A stretch of DNA of 63,737 nt, counting the filler, from Octopus bimaculoides (Eukaryota): assembly GCF_001194135.2 (NCBI RefSeq). It is 8 parts of 8 records of this genome, joined end to end, with 100 filler letters (N's around TTAATTAATTAA, not from the genome) between each part and the next. Parts side by side here need not be neighbours in the genome. Positions count along the whole stretch, not along the records: positions 1 to 3,066 come from NW_026329187.1; positions 3,167 to 5,541 come from NC_068985.1; positions 5,642 to 10,601 come from NC_068987.1; positions 10,702 to 12,941 come from NC_068994.1; 4 more parts are not named here. One strand, given 5' to 3'. Below are positions 1 to 12,496 of this stretch, piece by piece. Made by a program: the position numbers and the translations under genes. Within the stretch, counting starts at the first letter, position 1. Each line of letters starts with the position of its first letter. The notes under the pieces were generated by a model. That model worked only from the letters and a program-made list of their open reading frames with translations. It ran no database searches and had not been told where the DNA came from.

Positions 1-99
1 TGGAAAGCGGACGTTAAACGATGATGATGATGATGATATATATATACACGCACACACATCTATGTATGTATATATATATATAGTTCAAAAAAACAATAA

Positions 100-330
100 T
101 AAAGAAACAAAAAACAACAAAGTGAGGACATGATATGGATAGTATTATTGGACGCTCAGGAAGGAAAGGGAGAGTGTATGACGTTTCGGGTGTAGCCCTT
201 CGTCGGAAAGATGGAAAGTTCGGAAAATGGAAGAACGGAGAAAGAGGAAAATGGTACCGATGCCCACGAGGTTACATGGGTTGTCCTGAAAGTTCATGCC
301 AATTTATAGTAGCTTACCTTTCGGCTTATG
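100..330 (-). mobile_element. Related hammerhead-carrying repeat (diverged subfamily)
   Basis: Minus strand 206-178 reads CCGACGA-a-ggg-ctaca-ccc-GAAAC-GTC. Flanks resemble 48720-48895 (gaggac...gacgctc...gaaag...tgacgtttcg). Confidence 0.5.
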
Positions 331-517
331 TCATGAAACCACCTTAATTCTGGGAAGATGGATATTTTCAAGTTAAAGGAAAGATGGAGAGGTTTTGTGC
401 AACAAAATGGTTCATATTTGGTTGATTAAAAATGTAATGGCAAGTATTTATTGACCTTTTTCTTTCCTTTANNNNNNNNNNCTTTCCTTTAAAATTGGCA
501 TGAACTTTCCAGACAAC

Positions 518-553
<36 letters not shown>

Positions 554-942
554 TCAGTAAATGGTGGGGTTGTGTTAACTGCACTTGGAGAAATGATATG
601 AAAGGAAAAAATAATAATAAGGCAGAATACTAAACTGAAAGCATTTTTAAATATAAATGGGTGTAAAGAAGGTGAGATTGGATTTCAAACAGGTTTTAAG
701 TGCACGGCGTCTTTTGAAGATAAGAAAGGGGGGAAAAAATGTTTTTTTCAAAGAAATAATATGTATATAATACAATAAATATACCAATACATCATAGTGT
801 CTTTAAGCTTTCGAAGTTCAGTAGTTTTCCAGCCATGCAATGAAAACCGGTTTGAAATCCAATTCAATCTTCCTCACACCCATTTATATTAAAACATGCT
901 TTCAGTTTAACATTCTGCCTAATTATTATTTTTTTCCTTTCC

Positions 943-974
<32 letters not shown>

Positions 975-1294
975 GTCCGCTTTCCATGCTAGCATGGGTT
1001 GGACGATTTGACTGAGGACTGGTACCCTTCCTAACACCAACCACTCAGCAAAGTGGACTTAGTGCTTTTTATGTGGCACAAGCACAAGCGAGGTCAGTTG
1101 ACAAACACGTACACCACACACACATACACCACACACACATACACNNNNNNNNNNNNNNNNNNNNNNNNNNNNNNNNNNNNNNNNNNNNNNNNNNNNNNNN
1201 NNNNNNNNNNNNNNNNNNNNNNNNNNNNNNNNNNNNNNNNNNNNNNNNNNNNNNNNNNNNNNNNNNNNNNNNNNNNNNNTGTTACTACAAGAGA

Positions 1295-1462
1295 ATGGTT
1301 GAAATAATTCCAACACATGTGAAGGATGTCTACATCTGCCACATTAAGCAGTTCAAAGACCATCGTGGAATGCTCTGTGAATTATTCAACATGGTCAAAT
1401 ATCCAGAAGAAATAAGAAAACACTTCCCAATTCAACAGATTACTTGGGTGACCAATAGAAAA
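1295..1462 (+). CDS. rmlC: dTDP-4-dehydrorhamnose 3,5-epimerase (RmlC/RfbC cupin), coding exon 1
   Basis: MVEIIPTHVKDVYICHIKQFKDHRGMLCELFN... matches the RmlC N-terminus (D-x-RG-x-x-x-E-x-F). It ends at AAA|GTAAGA (phase 0). The ATG at 1295 lies just after an N gap, so extra upstream coding exons cannot be excluded. Confidence 0.88.
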
Positions 1463-1599
1463 GTAAGAATCACATTTACACATTTATACACCCATGCATA
1501 GAGGCTATGTTTTGTGTGACAATGATCACTCTGTTCTCTCTCTCTCTCTCTCTCACGCACACTGTATAACAATATTTCTTTAATGTTTTATTTTCCCAG

Positions 1600-1824
1600 T
1601 TTGCCCATCGTGGACTCCGTATAGCTGCTTACTCAAAACTCTTAACCTGCATCAAAGGTTCAGTTTACGATGTGGTTGTTGACACGCGACCAGACTCCAG
1701 CACTTACCTACAATGGGTAGGTGTAACTCTGAGTGAAGAGAATGGGTACCAGCTACTCGTACCCCCTGACTGTGGACATGGTTACCTAGCCCTGGAGGAG
1801 GGCTGTGCAGTTGTCTACTGCCAG
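1600..1824 (+). CDS. rmlC: RmlC coding exon 2
   Basis: Acceptor ttttcccag|. Translation FAHRGLRIAAYSKLLTCIKGSVYDVVVDTRPDSSTYLQWVGVTLSEENGYQLLVPPDCGHGYLALEEGCAVVYCQ carries the RmlC motifs (K-L-x-C-x-x-G-x-V-x-DV-x-VD-x-R-x-x-S-x-T; P-x-x-x-x-HG-[FY]; catalytic Tyr). Donor CAG|GTAAGC. 225 nt, phase 0-0. Confidence 0.93.
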
Positions 1825-2374
1825 GTAAGCTTTCTATTTTCTTTGCTAAATTCCATTATTCATATCATGTTTATGCGAACAAGATGAGCATACCGACTAA
1901 GTTGTAGATTGTGAGTTCAAATCTGTTGATGCATATTACTCCTTGTGAAAAGCAGGGACCAAACTATCAGGAAAGGTTCAGCCTAAGCCCACACTCTATC
2001 AATCATCTTGGTGTGATTTGCGATTGGATTTCAATTCTTTATGTTCTGAGTTCAAATGCCACCAACGTTGACTTTGCTTTCATGTTTTTGGGGGTTAATA
2101 AATAAAGTACCAGTCAAGTACTAGAGTCGATGTAATTCACTAACACCTTTCTCCCTAAAATTGTTGGTCTGGTGCCAAAATTTGAAACTTTTATATGCCA
2201 TTGTGTCTGAACTATAGAATGTGAAATGATCAACTGGACAAAGTTACTGGTATGGATAATCAAGTCAAGGCCTTGTTAATTTACATGTGAATATTACAGT
2301 GTCATCAAATATCATAAACTTCATTGAATGTGTATTAGACAATTCACTGTCACACACACATGTTCACACATACA

Positions 2375-2470
2375 TACAAGAAGGTGCTGAAAAGTTCCTG
2401 GGTTTAAGGGCATTGTGAAAGTCTTAGTTGGAAGCCCAACTTTACGAGTTCTTTTATAGGTCTTAGAAAA
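2375..2470 (+). mobile_element. Mariner/Tc1 TIR-like fragment in rmlC intron 2
   Basis: tacaagaaggtgctgaaaagttcctgg... resembles a mariner terminal repeat beginning at TA. Similar relics occur near 6195 (tacagggtgcggcagaaa) and 7915-7950 (ALSDEAHF). Confidence 0.4.
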
Positions 2471-2837
2471 ACTGAAGGACCACTGCAATATGTGTGTGAA
2501 TCTGAGAAGGGAACACGTTAGATAAAGGCTATAGTAGAAGACACTTGCCCAAGGTGCCACATAGTGGGACTGAACCCAGAACTCTGCAATGTGTGTGTGT
2601 GGAATGGCTTGTTTATTCGTCCAAACATGCCACAAGCATATTTGAACTGGTAATAACATTGCATTTATATAAATATCATTGCTTAGTGCTCCTACACCAG
2701 AACTATGTGATTGGGAAGCAAGCTTCTTGTCACAAAACCACCCCTGCACCTATATGCATGTACCATGTTTTTCTTTTCTTATAATATTTTTACATTTTAA
2801 CTTTCCATGATTTAAAATTTTTTAAAATATTTTCTAG

Positions 2838-3039
2838 GGTGGATGTTTCCTGCCGTCAGTTCCTGAAAAATCTGTCCATTTGTTTGATAAAACTGTATCA
2901 ATTGACTGGCCTTTTATTGAGCAGAAAAACAATTTTCTGATATCAGAGAAAGACTCAAAAGTGCCCTTCTTAAATGTGGATATAGAAAAATTTAAACCCA
3001 ATCGCAAAAGAATTCTGATTATTTCTTCAAAAGGTCAAG
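2838..3039 (+). CDS. rmlC: RmlC exon 3 (C-terminus) plus start of a putative RmlD-like SDR domain; the gene continues past the donor
   Basis: Acceptor ttttctag|. GGCFLPSVPEKSVHLFDKTVSIDWPFIEQKNNFLISEKDSKVPFLNVDIEKFKPNRKRILIISSKGQ contains the RmlC terminal IDWP...S-x-KD motif. There is no stop; it ends CAA G|GTGAGT (phase 1). Confidence 0.88.
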
Positions 3040-3110
3040 GTGAGTGATTCTCTGAAAGGTCAAATGNNNNNNNNNNNNNNNNNNNNNNNNNNNNNNNNNN
3101 NNNNNNNNNN

Positions 3111-3122
3111 TTAATTAATTAA
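3111..3122. other. Assembly spacer TTAATTAATTAA between N runs (also 5586, 10646, 12986, 17477, 33334, 53584)
   Basis: An identical 12-mer with stops in all six frames, always embedded in N blocks. It is a scaffolding artefact marking contig joins. Confidence 0.95.
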
Positions 3123-3210
3123 NNNNNNNNNNNNNNNNNNNNNNNNNNNNNNNNNNNNNNNNNNNNTAATATAATATAATATAATATAATATAATATAAT
3201 ATAATATAAT

Positions 3211-3590
3211 GTGGAAGCGCAATGGCCCAATGATTAGGGCAGCGGACTCGCGGTCATAGGATCGCGGTTTCGATTCCCAGACCGGGTATTGTGAGTGTTT
3301 ATTGAGCGAAAACACCTAAAGCTCCACGAGGCTCCGGCAGGTGGCGAACCCTGCAGTACTCTTCCGCCACAACTTTCTCTCACTCTTACTTCCTGTTTCT
3401 GTTGTGCCTGTATTTCAAAGGGTCAGCCTTGTCACACTGTGTCACGCTGAATATCCCCGAGAACTACGTTAAGGGTATACGTGTCTGTGGAGTGCTCAGC
3501 CACTTGCACGTTAATTTCACGAGCAGGCTGTTCCGTTGATCGGATCAACTGGAACCCTCGACGTCGTAAGCGACGGAGTGCCAACAAAAA
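3211..3590 (+). mobile_element. tRNA-derived SINE, near full length
   Basis: A-box-like tggcccaatgattag, B-box-like ggtttcgattccc, body, and A-rich tail. A homologous copy is at 53784-53970 (-). Confidence 0.8.
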
Positions 3591-3972
3591 AAACAAATAT
3601 GATATATGATATATGATATGATATAATAAATGTGAATGCCGGTGTGTCACACTCTTTCAGCTTTTTCCTAGAAGTCGTAGATCAACATATCATACTATTT
3701 TGGAATCAGGCTGACTCTGTGGGTAATTTAAAAACATTCCGGGCCGAATCCGGACATGTCAATCCGGAAATTTTGGATTCCTATGTTTGCATTACTGCGG
3801 TTGTTATCGGCGATTTTTTTTACATGATTTTTTGCAACGAATATGATCACCGTTGGGATATGACACTGAAGAGAGAAATTGCATCAAATTCTTCAAAACA
3901 AGTCAGAGATCTGTTTGTAGATCTTCCCATTCAGGGTCAGTTGCTTAAAAGCTATATACATACATTCATACA

Positions 3973-4003
<31 letters not shown>

Positions 4004-4016
4004 GTATGTATATATA

Positions 4017-4092
<76 letters not shown>

Positions 4093-4149
4093 TATATGTG
4101 TGTGTATATATATATGTATGCATGTATGTATATATGTACATTTTTGAAA

Positions 4150-4925
4150 AAAGACTTTGCTAAAACAGCCATGCTCTCTTCCTTCAAGGGAACTTCTCAC
4201 AGCAACTAATAATATCAGAGACCTAGGAGTAATTGTTGATAACAATCTCAGTTGGAGTGCCCACATTAACAATAGGGTTGATATAGCTCGTAGGATGAGC
4301 TCCTGGATCTTAAGAACCTTCCGGTCCAGAAAACAAGGTGTCATCATTCCACTTTTCTCCTCCTTTGTACGGTCACACCTTGAATACTGCCGCCCCTGTG
4401 GTCTCCCCACACAAGACAAAACATCTCAAAAATTGAATCACTCCAGAGGTCATTCACTAAAAGAATTAAGGGCATGACTGATCTCGATTACTGGAGCCGC
4501 CTTAAAGCATTGAAACTCTATTCTCTCCAGTGCCGCCGTGAGCGATACATCATTTGCACGATGTGGAGAATATACCACCAGCATTGCCCAAACGACCTCA
4601 ACGATAGCTTCAAAATTCATCCAAGGCCAGGACCACGGGCCATATGTCCCCTACCCAATTAAGGATCACAGCACATAAATACACTGCAACATAATTTCTT
4701 TTCCTCAACAGGCCCTGCCCTATTTAGCATTGTCCCAAAACAGATCAAAGAGGAAAAGGATCCTATTACCGTTAAACGGAATCTGTACAAATTTCTTCAA
4801 GGAATACCAGATAAGCCACCTATACCTGGATACTACAACCTGAACTCCCTACTCGAATGGATCATAATGCGAAAAAAAGGACTTTAAAAGGGTTTGGATA
4901 ATCCTATCAGGTGGTGCTATTATAA
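4150..4925 (+). mobile_element. CR1/L2-group LINE, 5'-truncated and degenerate (RT C-terminal part)
   Basis: [18 protein letters not shown]...ILRTF...FVRSHLEYC, then LDYWSRLKALKLYSLQCRRER across frameshifts. Confidence 0.85.
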
Positions 4926-5062
4926 GAAGTTATCGAACGGTGTTTTCAGCCGATTATAGTGTCTGTCAGTATAAATGAATACAATTATGTGCTTTGACTA
5001 CAGCATTAGAGCATTTGAGCTCTTATATTTATCAATGTAGGTGTTTATAACACTCTAGTTAC

Positions 5063-5104
<42 letters not shown>

Positions 5105-5108
<4 letters not shown>

Positions 5109-5290
5109 TGATAGATTGCTGACCACTACATTTATATTTTTTTTCTCCTTGTTTCTTTCTGTGATCCTATCTGTTGAAGAGCGTAGGTTCGAAAAGTTAA
5201 AGACTTTCTCTATTCTTGAGCGTTATACTAATACATCCATTTGTTGTTTACACCACCTGTCTTCGTCTGTTGTTTTTATCACAAATTCTC
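5105..5290 (+). mobile_element. Second copy of the hammerhead-carrying short repeat
   Basis: Reverse complement aligns with 48720-48895. Motif CTGTTGA-a-gagc-gtag-gttc-GAAAA-GTT-aaagac starts at 5171. It is flanked by (TA)n. Confidence 0.6.
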
Positions 5291-5505
5291 ACATATATAT
5301 GCATATATATATATATGAGCATATACCGATATATATATACATGCATATACACAAATACATATATATTTATATATGTATATATATACATATATATTTATAT
5401 ATTTATACATACATAAATATATATGTATATACATATATATTTATATATTATACATTCATATATATATTTATATATTTATACATATATATGTATGTGTGTG
5501 TGTAT

Positions 5506-5541
<36 letters not shown>

Positions 5542-7969
5542 NNNNNNNNNNNNNNNNNNNNNNNNNNNNNNNNNNNNNNNNNNNNTTAATTAATTAANNN
5601 NNNNNNNNNNNNNNNNNNNNNNNNNNNNNNNNNNNNNNNNNTATGTATGTATATATATCATGTATCATGTATGTACATATATATCAAGAAAATTTATGTA
5701 TATAAATATTATTAAAGACAACTATCATTTTTTTTTTATATGAACACTTATAGCTGTCCAAGTCTATATTTCTCAGTCTGCATGCATATGTAGATCATAG
5801 GAATATTTCTTTCCTCATAGATAAGAGAAAAAAACTATCTCTACATATCTTACGGATTAAAGACACTCATTCACAAACATACACACAATTACACAAACAC
5901 CCACCCACTCCTAAAGCACATACATGCATTTGTGTGTCCACAAATTCACGTATGAACAGAAGTAGTCTGCATTTCAATATGTAGAAAGTGTTAAGCGCGC
6001 GCACGCACACACACACTTATACATGCATACATTCTCATATGTATATATATATATATATATATATGATAGAGAAATGACCCAGTAATATTTGCATGCATAT
6101 TGACTGAAATATAGAAATATAATTATCATTGGAGTAAGAAATATGATGTTTGTCAATTCTAATATCAGTCTGTTTATGTATGAATGTATGTATGTACAGG
6201 GTGCGGCAGAAATATCTCCCACATTTGAAATGTTGACAAAAGGAAAAAGAAACAACATTTATGAAAAATATATTTTACTTTTGTTTAAAGAAAGGGTTAC
6301 AGTTTTTGTTCATTAGCTAAATGAAAACATCGTTGGCATTTGCAGAAGTTCATTAGCAACACATAGGTGAAAGTTTCAAATAAGGGCTGTAATAATTAGC
6401 TAAAATCATTTGAAGGTGATACTTCATTATGGGGCTGGCCAATTACTAAAACTATTAAAAGGAAGAAAAAAAGAAAAGGGGTGAAAATTGAGTGTAGTCA
6501 ATTCAAATGATTTTAACTATCATTTTAACTTACAAATGATTGAAATTGTACTAACGTACAAAGAAAACCATTGTGTTTTGTCGTATATTCTTAATTTTGT
6601 AACCTTCAAGCTTAAAATAATTTCTTGACGCAATTTATAACTTTCAAGACAAAATTATCAACAGAACTTCAGTTCAATAGTAATTATATAATGTCTAGCC
6701 AGTTCGAAGAAGCTAACTAATGTATCTCAGCTGATTCAATGATTTCTTTAGTTTAGTTTATTTATTTGACTTTTTATTTAGTATATTGAAAGCGTTAGGT
6801 AACAAAACTTCGTATCTAAGTTGTCGAAATTCAACAATAAACTCAAATCTAATGTGTTTCAAATTATAGCAGATAACATATGTTACAATGTTCTTAGGAC
6901 TTATCAAATAGGATTAAGCTAATGTGCTACCTTCATTGTCTTACTAAGAGCAGTTGTCAGTGAACTGGATTTAACTATGTTTCCTTAAATATCATCTTCA
7001 TATGAGAAATCGAAGCTATTAGGTATTGAAGCACTATCTTTATATAACATCTTCACAAGGAGTTGTAGCTACACTTCACACAATGAATCAAAGCTAAACT
7101 TCAAAGAATTAATTAGCACACAGTTCTTGACAAAGAATCGAAGCTAAACTGTTTTCTTTCCAGAAGCCAAATCAATGACAGACTTGAGACGAAACGAAGT
7201 TGTTCTGAGATTAATCGATTAGATGGAACAAGGAAATGATCTTCGTTCATTTGTGTAAAGATTATTCATCAATGCTACAATCGACGTGTAAACGATGTAA
7301 TGTAAAAGGTCAGACTGACAATAACGACTTTCAACAGTCTCTCTCTTACTATTTTAGTTTTAGTCAGACACGTCACAACACAATTACTAAGATTGTAATT
7401 GTCACAAATGAGTCATGTCCAAAGGAAAGGACAAATATTCTAAAGATCATACCTTTCAAAGGAGTAAATTTTACATAAAATATGAAACGCTTATAATTGT
7501 GAAGTGAAAATAGATTGTGGATAGTTCCTGCACAGAACTTAATGTATGCTTTATTTGAGGACGTGTATGTAACCGAAGGTTGAACTTGCCATGAAATAAT
7601 AATGATTTCATCTTACGAGACATAAAGCTATGTTGTTAAAGAAAGAGGGGGGAAATAGTCCTGAAGGAATTACTTATATCCCTTTAGGTCTTTTGGCACA
7701 ATTGCCTTCACTTCCATTTAGTTATCTCCTTTCAGTCACGGTGAATAAGAGTAATGTGCTGTATTGTACGCTTGACGTGTCGAATCCTACAGTGACGGCA
7801 ATAGACAAGATACCCACACCAAATAGTAAAACGGTAGAATCCTAAGAAATTAGCGATGTACTTAGTGATGAAATTAGTGAAAAGAATGGAGGGATAATAT
7901 TGAAAGGTGGAAAGTGTGCCCTATCAGACGAAGCACATTTTGAATTATATTAAGACGAGAATTCTGAGT

Positions 7970-8182
7970 ATAATCCTTTCTACTAAAGGTACAAGCTCTG
8001 AAATTTAGGGGAGGGGGTAGTCGATTTCATCGACCCCAGTGCATAACCGATACTCATTTAATCGACCCCGAAAGGATGAAAGGCAAAGTCGAACCCAGCG
8101 GAATTTGAACTCAGTACGTAGCGGCAGACGAAATACCGCTAAGCATTTCGCCCGGCGTGCTATCGATTCTGCCAGCTCGCCG
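7970..8182 (-). mobile_element. tRNA-derived SINE, second family
   Basis: Reverse complement reads gcgagctggcagaatcg...gagttcaaattcc...gactttgcctttcatcctttcggggtcg. Further copies lie at about 2020-2175 (+), 14950-15000, 15707-15785, 21170-21590, 30740-31000, 42030-42237 and 58520-58710. Confidence 0.8.
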
Positions 8183-9567
8183 TTTTAATGCTGCGTATAA
8201 TGAAACACAAGCTCAATGGAAATGGTACATGCACAAGCAAAGTGGGTGTGAAAGGAGAGAGGGTAATTTTGTGGAAGAGTGTTAAGAGCAATTAAAAACA
8301 AGCTGTGGAGAAAGATGAACGACGAGAGCGCTTATGTTTTTAGGTGCAAGCGAGAATGTTCAGAGCACTGAAAGATAAAAAGAACGAGCCGTAGGAGGAA
8401 AACAAGTTTAAAGAATTATTTTGGTAGACGGAATGTTACAATAAATATGTATCATCTCTAAAAAGAAATTATTAAATTTTATACATCTATATATGTGGCT
8501 CATGATTTTAGTATTTATAATTCTTAAATCTCTTCCAATTTCGGCAAATAATGGAATCACAGACTATATCTCAAAATTAGTGATCTGATCTTAAAATTTC
8601 CATTAATGCGTAATTCTGCAACTTGATCTAATTTTACAATTTCTGTTGGTGTGGAATTCCGTAACTAGGTCTAACTTTACAATTTCCGTTAATGCAGAAT
8701 TCCGTAACCAGAATTCCTATAAAGCGTGGGGCAACTGTATACAAAACTAATTCACTGAATATACATACAAACATAGGTATTTTCTACTGTAACCTCGGGT
8801 CAACCAAAGCCTTGCGAATGGGTTTTGTAGATGGAAACTGAAAGAAGCCCGTCATATATACATATATATATATATAGAGAGAGAGAGGGAGAGAGGGAGA
8901 GATAGAGACAGATAGATAGATAGATAGATAGATATATGGGGTTAAAACAACAGTAACATCGTCCTTTACAGGACTGCCACGTTATTTTGGCATATAAACA
9001 TTGCTATCCGATACTATTGCTGTATTTCTCTCGCTCAGAGATTTAAAACACATTCTTTTTCTCGATACGAGATCAACGACTGTGCATCGATTAAAGAACA
9101 TATAGTATTTGCGAGTGGAGATAGTTTTCGTCACTAGCTTGTGATGGTCTCACACTGAAGACGGATAACATCTAGAAACTTAGGTCTGTTAGTATCACGT
9201 AAGGCTAAAGATGGAAGCAATGANNNNNNNNNNNNNNNNNNNNNNNNNNNNNNNNNNNNNNNNNNNNNNNNNNNNNNNNNNNNNNNNNNNNNNNNNNNNN
9301 NNNNNNNNNNNNNNNNNNNNNNNNNNNNNNNNNNNNNNNNNNNNNNNNNNNNNNNNNNNNNNNNNNNNNNNNNNNNNNNNNNNNNNNNNNNNNNNNNNNN
9401 NNNNNNNNNNNNNNNNNNNNNNNNNNNNNNNNNNNNNNNNNNNNNNNNNNNNNNNNNNNNNNNNNNNNNNNNNNNNNNNNNNNNNNNNNNNNNNNNNNNN
9501 NNNNNNNNNNNNNNNNNNNNNNNNNNNTATATATATGTATGTATATATATATATATATATATGTATG

Positions 9568-9600
<33 letters not shown>

Positions 9601-10211
9601 GTATCTATCTATGTATCTATGTATGTATCTATGTATGTATCTATGTGTGTGCCTTTGTGTCTGTGTTTGTCCCCCACAACCACTTGACCACCGGTGTTGG
9701 TGCATTTTCGTACCAGTAACTTAGAAGTTCGGCAAAAGACACCGATAGAAAGAGCACTAGATTTTCAAAAAATAAGTCCAGGGGTCGATTGGTTCGGCTA
9801 AAAACCCTTCAAGGCGGTGCCCCAACGTTGACACTGTCTAATGACAGAAACAAGTAAAAGATAAAAATTAAAATTACAAAAAAATCTGGAGCTGTGAACG
9901 CCGCTGTCATATATTTTCACCGTCTTTTAATTATGTTATTCAGTTATATTTTTCCTTACGTCTACTCCTAATTAACTTTCAAATCCTCTTCTGGGTATGA
10001 AAATAATTGTATATCAAAACCATGAACTTAAGATATCGATTATAACAAGTTAATTCATTTATTTCGTTTGTCTCATATATTTATTTTACTTATTCATTTA
10101 TGTTTTATGGTGTCTACAACACAATTACCTGTCTATTTCCTAATTTCCTATATTTATTCTGCTTATGTTTATATATGTGTGTATGTATCTATGTGTACAT
10201 ACATACTTATT

Positions 10212-10261
<50 letters not shown>

Positions 10262-10284
10262 CACATATATATATACATATATGC

Positions 10285-10446
10285 ATAGGTAGCGGTGTGG
10301 ATGTCTGGTAAGATGTTTGATCCTCAACTACATGATTGCAGGTTCAGTCCCACTGTGTGGCATATTGGCCAAGTATCTTCTATAATGCCTAGTTGACTAA
10401 AGCCTTATGAGTGGATTCGGTACGCGGAAATTGGAAGAATCCCGTC
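10285..10446 (+). mobile_element. tRNA-derived SINE, third family
   Basis: Head ...ggttcagtcccactg..., tail aaagcctt...gagtggatt...ggaa...aagaa-cccgtc then microsatellite. Related pieces lie at 2525-2590, 8780-8835, 24650-24760, 25540-25645, 29680-29810 and 60520-60680. Confidence 0.7.
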
Positions 10447-10448
10447 AT

Positions 10449-10506
<58 letters not shown>

Positions 10507-10564
10507 GGATAGATAGATAAAACTTACATGGAAGAAGATGCGTGGCATTCAATAATATAATAAT

Positions 10565-10601
<37 letters not shown>

Positions 10602-10897
10602 NNNNNNNNNNNNNNNNNNNNNNNNNNNNNNNNNNNNNNNNNNNNTTAATTAATTAANNNNNNNNNNNNNNNNNNNNNNNNNNNNNNNNNNNNNNNNNNN
10701 NATATATATATATACACACACACACATATATATATGGGTGTGAGTGTGTGTGCACATATATGTATATATATATATACACAAATATTTATGCTTATATGTA
10801 GATATGTTTGTATGTGTATATATACATATGAAAAATAGATTTACATATGTGCTCTCTTTCTCCCTGTATATGCATGTATGATGTATGTATACGTGTG

Positions 10898-10944
<47 letters not shown>

Positions 10945-11179
10945 CTATATATATATATATATATATTTCGATTTAACCATATTAGAAGGTAAATATATAT
11001 GTATAACTATATATATCTCATATATATACATATATATATAGAGAGAGAGAAAGAGAGAGAGAGAGAATATATATGTGTATATATATAGAATATATATATA
11101 GATATTTATAATATCTGTCTATATATATTTCTGTATGTATATATATATAATGCATGTATGTATATATGTGTGTATGCGT

Positions 11180-11236
<57 letters not shown>

Positions 11237-11437
11237 GATGTATCTATCTATCTATACATATGTATGTATACACATAAATTTCAAACGCATAAATTCATAT
11301 TACGGATTTATGTATGCAATATCATATGCTGGATTAATGTTTATGTATAGCTTTTATTTGCGTGTGCGTGTATATACACTCAGAACAATATACAGACATG
11401 AATATACAGACATATTACATACATATATGTATGTATG

Positions 11438-11472
<35 letters not shown>

Positions 11473-12447
11473 NNNNNNNNNNNNNNNNNNNNNNNNNNNN
11501 NNNNNNNNNNNNNNNNNNNNNNNNNNNNNNNNNNNNNNNNNNNNNNNNNNNNNNNNNNNNNNNNNNNNNNNNNNNNNNNNNNNNNNNNNNNNNNNNNNNN
11601 NNNNNNNNNNNNNNNNNNNNNNNNNNNNNNNNNNNNNNNNNNNNNNNNNNNNNNNNNNNNNNNNNNNNNNNNNNNNNNNNNNNNNNNNNNNNNNNNNNNN
11701 NNNNNNNNNNNNNNNNNNNNNNNNNNNNNNNNNNNNNNNNNNNNNNNNNNNNNNNNNNNNNNNNNNNNNNNNNNNNNNNNNNNNNNNNNNNNNNNNNNNN
11801 NNNNNNNNNNNNNNNNNNNNNNNNNNNNNNNNNNNNNNNNNNNNNNNNNNNNNNNNNNNNNNNNNNNNNNNNNNNNNNNNNNNNNNNNNNNNNNNNNNNN
11901 NNNNNNNNNNNNNNNNNNNNNNNNNNNNNNNNNNNNNNNNNNNNNNNNNNNNNNNNNNNNNNNNNNNNNNNNNNNNNNNNNNNNNNNNNNNNNNNNNNNN
12001 NNNNNNNNNNNNNNNNNNNNNNNNNNNNNNNNNNNNNNNNNNNNNNNNNNNNNNNNNNNNNNNNNNNNNNNNNNNNNNNNNNNNNNNNNNNNNNNNNNNN
12101 NNNNNNNNNNNNNNNNNNNNNNNNNNNNNNNNNNNNNNNNNNNNNNNNNNNNNNNNNNNNNNNNNNNNNNNNNNNNNNNNNNNNNNNNNNNNNNNNNNNN
12201 NNNNNNNNNNNNNNNNNNNNNNNNNNNNNNNNNNNNNNNNNNNNNNNNNNNNNNNNNNNNNNNNNNNNNNNNNNNNNNNNNNNNNNNNNNNNNNNNNNNN
12301 NNNNNNNNNNNNNNNNNNNNNNNNNNNNNNNNNNNNNNNNNNNNNNNNNNNNNNNNNNNNNNNNNNNNNNNNNNNNNNNNNNNNNNNNNNNNNNNNNNNN
12401 NNNNNNNNNNNNNNNNNNNNNNNNNNNNNNNNNNNNNNNNNNNNNNN

Positions 12448-12496
<49 letters not shown>

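Noticed and set aside
1618-1620. RNA editing restoring the RmlC His
   Set aside because: It would need G>A, whereas ADAR gives A>G.
1295-3039. rmlC as bacterial contamination
   Set aside because: It has two canonical phased introns, and intron 2 contains the host's SINE and mariner fragments.
3211-3290. tRNA genes at SINE heads (also about 8100-8182, 53900-53970)
   Set aside because: They have A/B boxes but continue into multi-copy SINE bodies and lack a convincing acceptor stem.
9150-9190. Weak hammerhead-like motifs (CTGAAGA...GAAAC at 9155; ACGAAGA...GAAGC near 63675-63705 on -)
   Set aside because: Stems I and III cannot be closed convincingly; at best these are decayed relics.
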